From an uncultured bacterium (lineage in GTDB: Bacteria > Patescibacteriota > Patescibacteriia > Patescibacteriales > UBA12465): 24,983 nt of DNA. The position numbers were made by a program, and so were the translations under genes. The stretch is taken from assembly GCA_903904095.1 (NCBI GenBank), contig CAIVBF010000017.1:1-24983 (forward strand). Reading direction: 5' to 3'. The notes beneath the pieces were generated by a model. It was not told the origin of the DNA. It was given only the letters and a program-made list of their open reading frames with translations, and searched no databases. Below, in pieces: positions 1 through 8,900 of this stretch (position 1 is the first letter of the stretch; every line of letters starts with the position of its first letter).

Positions 1-1
1 A

Positions 2-130
2 AAGAGATCAGTAGAATCTATTCATGGTACCATAGCAAGATTTGAAACAAAGGAAGTATTCTTATTAGATGGAGCGGGAGCAGACTTCTTTGATAATATA
101 GGAAAAGAGGTAGAACAAAAGTTAAAGTAG
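2..130 (+). CDS. 3' end of an ORF truncated by the window edge (KRSVESIHGTIARFETKEVFLLDGAGADFFDNIGKEVEQKLK*), function unknown
   Basis: Of the three + frames only frame 2 is open from the edge; it ends at TAG 128-130 and is followed by a 41-nt AT-rich spacer. No motif recognised. Confidence 0.5.
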   Translation, partial: KRSVESIHGTIARFETKEVFLLDGAGADFFDNIGKEVEQKLK

Positions 131-171
131 ATTTAAATTTAACATAATTAAATTTTACTAATTAATTTAAT

Positions 172-1254
172 ATGGAAAAAAATAAAGAGAGTGTGAAAGG
201 ATTAAAGGTTAAAGAAATAAACGAAACAAGAAAAGCCAACGATCTTGAAATTAAAGTAAAAACTTCCGGCCTATTGCCGGTCATTGCCGCCTTCTCGGGA
301 AATTTAATTGTTTGCGCCGCTAAATTTTTCGGTTTTTTTATAACCGGATCCGGAGCGATGTTTTCTGAGGCTGTTCATAGTTTTGCTGATACGGCCAATC
401 AATTTCTATTAATGCTCGGCGTAAAACTTTCAGTGCAGAAACCTAATTCTCTATATCCTTATGGCCACGGTAAAGAAAGATTTATCTGGGCTTTAATATC
501 GGCTTGCGGCATATTTTTTATCGGTTGCGGAATCACGACTTACCATGGCATATTATCTTTATTAAATCCGTCAGAAGTCCATTTTAATATCTGGGCGGTT
601 ATTATTTTGATTTTTGCTTTTTTGATAGAGTCATTTACTTTATGGTTAGCGATCAAAGACTTAAAGGAACATTTTCCTGACGCTAAATTAAAAACAATTA
701 TCAAACAGGCCGATCCGACAACTTTAGCCGTTGTTTATGAAGATGGTTTAGCGGTTCTCGGTGTCTTTATCGCGGCGATGAGTATTCTTTTAACTTATTT
801 AACCGGGGATATTTATTGGGATGCCGTCGGTTCAATTATTATCGGTTTAATGCTTGGCGTTGTGGCGATTTTGCTTATTGCCAAGAATCGTAATTTTTTA
901 CTGACAAAATCAATCCCGGCCGAAATTGAAGAAATTATTTTAGATATTCTAAATGAAGATCCGACGATTGAAAAAGTTTTAGATTTTAAATCGGCTATTT
1001 TAGATATTGATAAGTATTTAATCAAATGCGATGTTGAATTTAACGCTTCGGCTTTAATGAAGGAATTTAATCAGCATCATTTCCTCCAGAATGAATATGA
1101 GGATGTTAAAGAAAGTTATGAAAACTTCATGAAATTTTCGGTTGATTATATGGATAGAGTTCCTCGCATGGTCGGCAAGCGGATTGACGAGATTGAAAAG
1201 AAAATCCGCGCCGAAGTGCCTCAGGCGGTGTTTATTGATATTGAGATTAATTAG
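172..1254 (+). CDS. Cation diffusion facilitator (CDF) metal transporter, ZnT9/SLC30A9-like
   Basis: CDF signature SGAMFSEAVHSFADTANQ, YPYGHGKERF, about 6 hydrophobic segments, TM5 VVYEDGLAV, C-terminal GKRIDEIEKKIRAEVPQAVFIDIE. Confidence 0.92.
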   Translation: MEKNKESVKGLKVKEINETRKANDLEIKVKTSGLLPVIAAFSGNLIVCAAKFFGFFITGSGAMFSEAVHSFADTANQFLLMLGVKLSVQKPNSLYPYGHGKERFIWALISACGIFFIGCGITTYHGILSLLNPSEVHFNIWAVIILIFAFLIESFTLWLAIKDLKEHFPDAKLKTIIKQADPTTLAVVYEDGLAVLGVFIAAMSILLTYLTGDIYWDAVGSIIIGLMLGVVAILLIAKNRNFLLTKSIPAEIEEIILDILNEDPTIEKVLDFKSAILDIDKYLIKCDVEFNASALMKEFNQHHFLQNEYEDVKESYENFMKFSVDYMDRVPRMVGKRIDEIEKKIRAEVPQAVFIDIEIN

Positions 1255-1303
1255 GGGCAAACAAACGGCTGATAAAAGAACTAAGTCGGTCTTTACGATT
1301 TTG

Positions 1304-1312
1304 TGTTATAAT
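1304..1312 (+). promoter_or_regulatory. Extended -10 promoter (TGtTATAAT) upstream of ftsK
   Basis: TG 1304-1305, perfect TATAAT 1307-1312; no good -35 at 17-nt spacing. Confidence 0.6.
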
Positions 1313-1317
1313 TAAAT

Positions 1318-1365
1318 ATAGTCAAAGCTCTAAGCCTTGGTATTAGTTAGAGCTTATATAACTAT
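1318..1365 (+). other. Stem-loop in the predicted ftsK 5' leader
   Basis: AAGCTCTAA 1325-1333 pairs perfectly with TTAGAGCTT 1347-1355 (13-nt loop); outer ATAGT 1318-1322 pairs with ACTAT 1361-1365. Confidence 0.55.
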
Positions 1366-1396
1366 TCAAACTTCAACTCAGTTTAAATCTAATATT

Positions 1397-4039
1397 ATGG
1401 GCAGAAAAAAGAAAAACGCCAATCCCGGAGATTATCTAACGATCCCCGGTCTAGAAATAAATGAACATGCCAAGCGTAGTATTTTTATTGTTTTCTTGCT
1501 TGTTTTCGGGCTGATAAGCTTATTAGGACTTTTTAATTTATCCGGTCATTTCGGAACTTTTATTTCTAATACTTTAACTTCCGTTTTTGGCTACGGGAAA
1601 TGGCTCGCTCCTTTTATCTTTTTATACTGGGCTTTAATTCTGATTAGACAGAAAAAAAATCCTTTGAAATTCAGCGATTATCTCGGCCTCGGTCTGTTAT
1701 TTATTTCCTATCAAACCCTATTTCATTTTTTTATTGATCCCTTAACTTGGAAAGTTTCTGTAGCCGAAGGTGTTGGCGGCGGCTATATCGGTTATTACTT
1801 GAGTTTAGCCTTTAACTATATTTTTGGTTTCTGGGGTGGGGTAATTGTTCTGATTGCTTTTCTTTTAATCTCTTTAGTTTTAGTTTTTAATACGTCTCTC
1901 GCACGCATTGTCGGACGCGATAGTCTGTTCGCGAAAATATTAAATCCTTTCGCGATATTTTTCCGTAATTTATTTTCGTCTTCCGATTCAGAAGACGACG
2001 AGAAAAAGAGCGGCGCCGATTTTATAAAAGAAGCGCGCGAAGAAATTTTAGGAACTTGGCAGAAAAAAGAAGTTACCCCGGATATTTTAAAAGAGGAAGA
2101 AAAAAAATCCGAAGATGAAGATGATTTTGAGGATGAGGTTGACGAAAAAATAAAAGCACGCAAGAAAGAGAAAGCTGTTCAGGAAAAAATTGTTTGGCCG
2201 AAAAAAACTTTTAAGATTGATTTACCGATTGAACTACTAAACAATAAGATAACAAAACCGCACGGCGGCGATACGGAAATTAATGCGCAGAAAATAAAAA
2301 GCACGCTTGATAAATTCGGGATTGAAGTTGAGATGGGCGAAACGAAAGTTGGTCCGACGGTCACACAATATACTTTTCGTCCGGCCGAAGGCGTTAAATT
2401 GTCGCGCATTACTACTCTAAATAATGATTTATCTTTATCCTTGGCAGCTCATCCGATTAGAATTGAAGCGCCGATTCCTGGTAAGTCTTTGGTCGGTGTT
2501 GAGGTTCCTAATCGCGCGAAGGCGATTGTTGGCTTACGTGAAATTTTAGAAGACGAAGCTTTTAAAACTAGAAAAAATAATTTATTTTTAGTTCTTGGTA
2601 AAGATGTAGCCGGAATGAGCTGGCTTTATGATATTACGCGCATGCCGCATTTATTAGTAGCGGGTGCCACTAATTCCGGGAAATCAGTTTGCTTGAATGC
2701 GATTATTGTCGGTTTATTATATCAGAATAATCCGGAAGATTTACGCTTTATTATGGTTGATCCGAAGCGCGTTGAACTCCCGACCTATAACGGGATACCG
2801 CATCTTTTAACGCCGGTTATTACCGATGTTTCAAAAACAATCAATGCTCTTAAATGGTGCTTGAATGAAATGGATCGTCGTTATGATGTTTTAAATAAAG
2901 CGGGCAAGAAAAATATCCAAGCTTATAATTTAATCCCGAACGTTGAGAAATTACCGTTTATTGTCTTTATTATTGATGAGCTGGCTGACTTTATGATGAC
3001 GAGCGGGAAAGAAATGGAAGCGGCAATCATTCGTCTCGCGCAAATGTCACGGGCAATCGGTATTCATTTAATTCTGGCGACACAGCGTCCTAGCGTTGAT
3101 GTTATCACCGGTTTAATTAAAGCAAATATCCCGACCCGTATCGCCTTCTCAGTTGCCTCGCTAGTTGATTCAAAAACAATTTTAGATATTAGCGGCGCGG
3201 AAAAATTATTAGGTCAGGGCGATATGTTATTTATGACGCCGGAACTTTCTAAACCAAAACGTATCCAAGGCGCTTATCTTAGCGATGCTGAGATTAACGA
3301 TGTTGTAAATTATATTAAAGATAAATGCGGACCAGCCGAATATTTAGAGGGAGTTACCGATCGCCAAAAAGTTAATGGCAATGCCGGGGTCGGGATGGAT
3401 GGAACGCATGGCGATGAAGATGAATTATTTGAGGCGGCAAAAGAAATAATTGTTAAAGCTAATAAAGCTTCAACCTCAATGTTACAGCGTCGCCTATCAA
3501 TCGGTTATGGCCGGGCAGCTAAAATGCTTGATCAGCTAGAAGAAGCGGGAATTATCGGGCCAAGCAACGGTTCAAAACCGCGCGAAGTTTTCTTAAGCCG
3601 CGACCAGTATGAAGCGATGGGGCCTAATATAATTAGTGGAATTCCGATTCATGATCGCAGCTCACAAGAAATGCCTAGTGAATATTTTAGTCCGCTTCAA
3701 GAAGACAATGGTGATAACGACGAAGAGGGAAACGATGATACTTTAGTTTTTGAAAGCGAACCAAAAAATTCTAAAAGGGAAATAAGCGGAACTCCCGAAA
3801 TTGAAGAAGAGGCGGAAGAAGAAATTTCTGAAGCCGAAAGTGAAGAAATAAAAGAAGAGTTAGAATTAAGTCCGGCCGAAGAAGACGAAGTAATTGAAGA
3901 TGAAGATGAGATTCTAGAAGAAATTAGGACCGAGAAAAAAGAAAAACCAAAAGCTGAAAAGTCTGTTGAAAAACCGAAAGAGCCGAGTTCTAAAAAAACT
4001 CCCGCCGAAGATGACGATGAAATGTTCTTCGCTCGCTAA
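1397..4039 (+). CDS. ftsK: DNA translocase FtsK/SpoIIIE
   Basis: N-terminal 4-TM domain, alpha domain (GPTVTQY, IRIEAPIPGKSLVGVEVPN), Walker A GATNSGKS, IIDELAD, ATQRPSVDVITGLIKAN, AEKLLGQGDML, gamma domain STSMLQRRLSIGYGRAAKMLDQLE. Start moved from TTG 1337 to ATG 1397 because 1337 lies inside the leader hairpin. Confidence 0.97.
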   Translation: MGRKKKNANPGDYLTIPGLEINEHAKRSIFIVFLLVFGLISLLGLFNLSGHFGTFISNTLTSVFGYGKWLAPFIFLYWALILIRQKKNPLKFSDYLGLGLLFISYQTLFHFFIDPLTWKVSVAEGVGGGYIGYYLSLAFNYIFGFWGGVIVLIAFLLISLVLVFNTSLARIVGRDSLFAKILNPFAIFFRNLFSSSDSEDDEKKSGADFIKEAREEILGTWQKKEVTPDILKEEEKKSEDEDDFEDEVDEKIKARKKEKAVQEKIVWPKKTFKIDLPIELLNNKITKPHGGDTEINAQKIKSTLDKFGIEVEMGETKVGPTVTQYTFRPAEGVKLSRITTLNNDLSLSLAAHPIRIEAPIPGKSLVGVEVPNRAKAIVGLREILEDEAFKTRKNNLFLVLGKDVAGMSWLYDITRMPHLLVAGATNSGKSVCLNAIIVGLLYQNNPEDLRFIMVDPKRVELPTYNGIPHLLTPVITDVSKTINALKWCLNEMDRRYDVLNKAGKKNIQAYNLIPNVEKLPFIVFIIDELADFMMTSGKEMEAAIIRLAQMSRAIGIHLILATQRPSVDVITGLIKANIPTRIAFSVASLVDSKTILDISGAEKLLGQGDMLFMTPELSKPKRIQGAYLSDAEINDVVNYIKDKCGPAEYLEGVTDRQKVNGNAGVGMDGTHGDEDELFEAAKEIIVKANKASTSMLQRRLSIGYGRAAKMLDQLEEAGIIGPSNGSKPREVFLSRDQYEAMGPNIISGIPIHDRSSQEMPSEYFSPLQEDNGDNDEEGNDDTLVFESEPKNSKREISGTPEIEEEAEEEISEAESEEIKEELELSPAEEDEVIEDEDEILEEIRTEKKEKPKAEKSVEKPKEPSSKKTPAEDDDEMFFAR

Positions 4040-4081
4040 TATTAAAATATTTTATCTGTTAATAACTCTGTAACACTTCGC

Positions 4082-4110
4082 TTGTTTTTTCGTATTATTA
4101 TATGTATGAT
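4082..4110 (+). promoter_or_regulatory. Putative sigma70 promoter TTGTTT-N17-TATGAT
   Basis: -35 at 4082-4087, -10 at 4105-4110, exact 17-nt spacer. An overlapping alternative is GTAACA(4070)-N17-TATTAT(4093). Confidence 0.45.
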
Positions 4111-4151
4111 AGATACACGGCAAGAGGTATGGTAAAAAAGAAAATATTTAA

Positions 4152-4185
4152 AAGCTGTTCCGTCGGAATCCGGAGCAGTTTTTTT
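4152..4185 (+). terminator. Intrinsic terminator downstream of ftsK
   Basis: 11-bp stem AAGCTGTTCCG/CGGAGCAGTTT (2 G-U pairs), 8-nt loop, T7 tract 4179-4185. Confidence 0.8.
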
Positions 4186-4204
4186 ATTCCTGACATATTT
4201 TTAA

Positions 4205-4233
4205 GTGACAAAACTGAAAATTATCGCTATTAT
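4205..4233 (+). promoter_or_regulatory. Putative sigma70 promoter for murE, GTGACA-N17-TATTAT
   Basis: -35 at 4205-4210, -10 at 4228-4233, each 5/6 consensus, just downstream of the terminator and 37 nt upstream of the ATG. Confidence 0.65.
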
Positions 4234-4270
4234 ATAGATTAGATAAAGACTACTTGTAGACATCTTTTTT

Positions 4271-5749
4271 ATGGTAAATCAACTGAAAAAAATTATCCCA
4301 ACCCGTCTTTTTAAAGCCTTTCAGCCGGCCTATCATTTTTTGGTAGCTTACCTGGCGGCCTATCGTTATAAGTTCCCGAGCCGTAAATTAATTGTTATTG
4401 GAGTAACTGGAACGGCGGGCAAAACATCAACGGCCTATCTAATAATGAAAATGTTAAATGAGGCGGGTTATAAAACCGGCTTGAGTTCAACGGCTGTTTT
4501 TTCTGATGGAAATAAAGAATGGTTGAATGATAAAAAGATGACTATGCCCGGTCGTTTTTTTATTCAGAATATGCTGGCCCGGATGCTTAAAAATAATTGT
4601 CGTTATGCCGTTGTTGAAACAACTTCGGAAGGAATAAAGCAATTCCGCCATCGTTTTATTAATTATGACATTTTAGTTTTTACTAATTTATATCCGGAAC
4701 ATTTAGAATCGCACGGCAGTTTTGAAAATTATCAAGCCGCTAAAGGAGCCTTATTCGCTCATTTAAAACGCTGTAAAACAAAATATATTAATGAAGATAG
4801 GGAAGTCATTAAGCCTAAGAGCGGATTAAATAAATTAGATTTAAAGCGGGTACTGAAAACGATAATTGTTAATGGCGATGATAAATTCGCCTCGTATTTT
4901 TTAAATTTTTTCTCTGAGGCAAAAATTATTTACTCTACTAAAGAAGGAAAAGATCTAAATTCCTATTTTAAATTAATGAGCACTGAAAATATAACTAAGG
5001 ATTTTAGTCTTGTCCGGGGATTGAATATTAGCCCGCGAGCCAACGGAACGTATATAAATATAAATAATGAAATTATTAATTTAAAATTATTAGGCGGCTT
5101 TAATGCAGTTAATGCTTTGGCGGCCTACGCTGTTGGATTGAACCAGAAAATTAGTCCGGAAAAATTAAAGCAAGGACTAGAAAGTGTTAGGAGTCTAGCC
5201 GGTAAGCTTGAATTTGTTGATGCCGGCCAAAATTTTACGGCCATGGTTGATTATTCCTTTGAGCCGAAGGCCCTGGCTAATCTATATGAGACGATCAAAC
5301 TCATTGAACATAATCGGATTATTCATCTTTTAGGTTCGGCCGGAGGAGGGAGGGATAAGGCGAGACGCCCTATTCTCGGGCATATTGCGGCCGAAAATGC
5401 TGATATCGTTATTGTTACTAACGAAGACCCATATGATGAAGATCCGGCCGAAATTATTAACCAGGTATCTTCAGGGGCAGAGAAGTTCGTGGTTGAGTTA
5501 GATGAAGAAAAAAAAGCAGAAGCTAGTCAAAATACTAAGAAAGAGCTTAATCTAAACCTATTTAAGATATTGGATCGCCGAGAGGCCATAAAAAAGGCTG
5601 TAGAATTGGCCCAGGAGGGCGATTTACTTCTTTTTACGGGCAAAGGAGCTGAGCAATTTATTTGTCTAGCTAACGGCGAAAAAATGCCTTGGGACGAGAG
5701 AGAAGAAGTCCGTTTGGCGATTGTGGATAAAATGTGCGAGATATACTAG
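4271..5749 (+). CDS. murE: Mur ligase, MurE family (UDP-MurNAc-dipeptide:third-residue ligase)
   Basis: P-loop GVTGTAGKTST, VETTSEG, FTNLYPEHLESHG, YQAAKGALF, GGFNAVN, GGGRDKARRPILG, TNEDPYDEDP, LLFTGKG. Short N-terminus without the full Rossmann-like domain. Confidence 0.88.
   Translation: MVNQLKKIIPTRLFKAFQPAYHFLVAYLAAYRYKFPSRKLIVIGVTGTAGKTSTAYLIMKMLNEAGYKTGLSSTAVFSDGNKEWLNDKKMTMPGRFFIQNMLARMLKNNCRYAVVETTSEGIKQFRHRFINYDILVFTNLYPEHLESHGSFENYQAAKGALFAHLKRCKTKYINEDREVIKPKSGLNKLDLKRVLKTIIVNGDDKFASYFLNFFSEAKIIYSTKEGKDLNSYFKLMSTENITKDFSLVRGLNISPRANGTYININNEIINLKLLGGFNAVNALAAYAVGLNQKISPEKLKQGLESVRSLAGKLEFVDAGQNFTAMVDYSFEPKALANLYETIKLIEHNRIIHLLGSAGGGRDKARRPILGHIAAENADIVIVTNEDPYDEDPAEIINQVSSGAEKFVVELDEEKKAEASQNTKKELNLNLFKILDRREAIKKAVELAQEGDLLLFTGKGAEQFICLANGEKMPWDEREEVRLAIVDKMCEIY
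5722..5730 (-). promoter_or_regulatory. Single perfect DnaA box (TTATCCACA on - strand)
   Basis: TGTGGATAA at 5722-5730 in the last codons of murE, 28 nt upstream of the rpoB -35. Only one copy was seen. Confidence 0.35.
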
Positions 5750-5758
5750 ACCTGCTTG

Positions 5759-5787
5759 TTGACAATAGATAAATAATATTATACTAT
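5759..5787 (+). promoter_or_regulatory. Strong sigma70 promoter for rpoBC, TTGACA-N17-TACTAT
   Basis: Perfect -35 at 5759-5764, 17-nt spacer, -10 at 5782-5787. Confidence 0.8.
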
Positions 5788-5978
5788 TTGAATACCTAAC
5801 ACTTTTTTTACTTAAAAAGTGATTTATAATAACAATAATAATTAATTAAATAAAACTGAAACTCAAGCCAATTTGGGATTGGGATTTTTTTGTTAAAAAT
5901 AATTATCTATTGTTTTTTATTTGGTCTTTATACCAATTTTAATAAGTTTTTAGTTTTCAATTTTTAAATATACGTCCT

Positions 5979-8900
5979 ATGTCTAAACGCAAATCACTTT
6001 CTGAGTTAAGCGAGGTCATGCCAATGCCGGACTTAATAGAAATTCAGAAAGATTCTTATAGTTGGTTTCTGAAGGAAGGATTAGAAGAATTATTTGATGA
6101 AATTAATCCAGTGACGGATTTTATCGGTCGTGATTTAGAATTATATTTTGAAGATTATTATCTTGATGAACCGAAATTCTCGGAAATTGAGAGCCGTGAA
6201 AAAAATATTACTTACGAGGCCCCACTTCGGGTTAAAACTCGTCTTTTAAATAAAAAAAATAACCATGCTTTAAACCAGGAAATCTTCCTTGGTGATTTTC
6301 CTGTGATGACTGAAAAGGGAACATTTATTATTAATGGTATTGAAAGAGTTGTTGTTTCTCAGTTAATCCGTTCGGCCGGAGTTATGTTTACGGCTGAGTT
6401 TGTCAAAGGGAAAAAATGCTACGGCGCTAAAATTATTCCAAACCGCGGTGCCTGGTTAGAGATTGAAACTGATTCAAACAAAGTTATTTGGATTAGAATA
6501 GATAGAAAACGTAAAGTGGCGGCTACTTCGCTTTTACGGGCTTTTGGTTATGAAACCGATGAAGAACTAAAAAAATTATTTGCTGATGTTGATCTAGTAA
6601 AGAGCAAGGATGAAAAAACTTTCTTAGAGGCGACGATTGAAAAAGATGCGGCTAAGAATGAGGCCGAAGGTTTACAAGAAGTTTATCGCCGTATTCGTCC
6701 CGGTGATTTAGCGTCCGTTGATAACGCTCGCCAATTAATTCATTCAATGTTCTTCCGTTTTGATCGTTATGACTTTGGACGCGTTGGCCGATATAAATTA
6801 AATCGTCGTTTCAGTTTAGATTTATCAGCCACTAAAAAAGAGAATAGAATTTTACGCCGTGAGGACTTAGTTTTAATTATTAAAGAAGTTATCCGTTTAA
6901 ATATTACTAAGGAACCGGAAGACGATATTGATCATCTTGGTAATCGTCGTATTAGAGCGATTGGCGGTTTAATTCAAAATCGTTTCCGTGTCGGTTTGGC
7001 TCGTATGGAAAGAATTATCAAGGATAGAATGTCTACTTCTGAGCTTACTTCTATTACTCCTTCTAAATTAGTTAACGCTCGTCCGGTTATTGGTGTTATT
7101 AGGGAATTCTTCATGTCTTCTCAGTTATCACAGTTTATGGATCAGACAAATCCTTTAGCCGAACTTGAACACAAACGTCGTTTATCGGCGATGGGTCCGG
7201 GCGGTTTAACTCGTGAAAGAGCAGGCTTTGATGTTCGTGACGTACATACTACTCACTACGGCCGTATTTGTCCTATCGCTACTCCGGAAGGTCCGAATAT
7301 TGGTTTAGTCGGGCACTTAGCTAGTTATGCTCGTTTAAATAGTTACGGCTTTTTAGAAACTCCTTATAGAAAAGTGGCTCATGAGAAAAAAGGCAGCCGT
7401 GTTACCGATGAGATTGTTTATTTAGATGCTTTTGAAGAAGAAAAATTTATTACCGTTGATGCAACTATCCCGATGGATAAGGATGGTTACTTTTTAGTAA
7501 CTAAATATCAGGGTAGAAAATATGGTCAGCCGGGCTTAGAAGATATTACTAAGGTTGATTTTGTCGGTGTCGCCGCTAACCAGATTATTTCTGTCGCCAC
7601 TTCACTTATTCCTTTCATGGAACACAATGATGGACAGAGATCTTTAATGGGAACAAACATGCAACGTCAGGCTATTCCTTTAATTAAGAGCGAATCGCCT
7701 ATTGTCGGAACCGGTGTTGAAGAAAGAGCGGCTCGTGATAGTGGACATGTTGTTATTGCCAATGAAGATGGCATTATTACTAAAGTTGATGCGGGCATGA
7801 TTGAACTTACGACTAAGAAAGGTGAAATCATTACTTATAATTTAAATAAATTTTTACGTTCTAATTCTTCAACTTGTATTAATCAACACCCAGTAGTTGA
7901 TCTTGATCAGAAAGTTAAGAAAGGCGATATTTTATCCGATGGTCCGGCGATTGATAACGGGGAATTATCTTTAGGCCGAAATGTTTTAGTCGCTTTCATG
8001 ACTTGGGAAGGATTTAATTATGAAGATGCGGTTATTATTTCCGAACGTTTAGTTAAGGAAGATGTTTATTCCTCTATTCATATTGAAAACTATACGATTG
8101 ATGTTCGCGATACTAAATTAGGTCCAGAGCTTATTACTAATGATATTCCAAACATCAGTGAAGAGAAATTAAAGAATCTTGATGAGGAAGGTATTATCAG
8201 AATTGGCGCTGAGGTTTCAAGCGGCGATATTTTAGTTGGTAAAATTACCCCGAAGGGAGAAACTACTCTATCAGCTGAAGAAAAATTATTAAGAGCAATC
8301 TTTGGTGAAAAGGCCAAAGATGTTCGTGATTCTTCTTTGTATTTAGAGCACGGTGAACACGGAAAAGTAGTAGACATAAAAATATTTTCTCGTGAAGACG
8401 GTGATAAATTATCCGCTGGTGTTTTGAAATCAATTCAGATTGCGGTTGCTAACTTAAGAAAGATTCAGGTCGGTGATAAGGTTTCCGGTCGTCATGGAAA
8501 TAAGGGGGTTATTTCTCGCGTTGTGCCGATTGAGGATATGCCTTATATGGCTGATGGTACACCGATTGATGTTATTTTATCTCCGTTAGGTATTATTTCT
8601 CGTATGAACCTCGGGCAATTACTTGAAACTCATCTTGGCTTTGCGGCTCATAAATTAGGTTATAAAGTTATGAGTCCGGCTTTAAACGGAATCAGCGAAA
8701 ATCAGATTAAGGAAGAATTAGTAAAGGCGGGTTTACCGGAAGACGGGAAAGTTTCTTTATATGATGGTAAAACCGGTAATACTTATGATCATAAGATTAC
8801 GGTTGGTTATAAATATGTTCTGAAGTTAAACCACATGGTTGAAGATAAGATTCACCAACGTTCAATCGGTCCATACTCTTTAATTACGCAGCAGCCTTTG

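Noticed and set aside
2-130. A-ending codon bias in the truncated first ORF suggesting foreign origin
   Set aside because: 42 codons are too few to support a compositional claim.
1337-1396. Upstream in-frame starts given by the track for ftsK (1337), ACD (15089), the TMTC-like gene (17840) and lepA (20980)
   Set aside because: The extensions overlap a leader hairpin or the upstream gene, or use TTG just before an ATG, and add non-homologous residues; the downstream ATGs fit family N-termini.
4129-4242. 37-aa ORF MVKKKIFKSCSVGIRSS... preceded by GAGGT
   Set aside because: The SD-like GAGGT abuts the ATG with no spacer, and the ORF runs through the terminator and the murE promoter.
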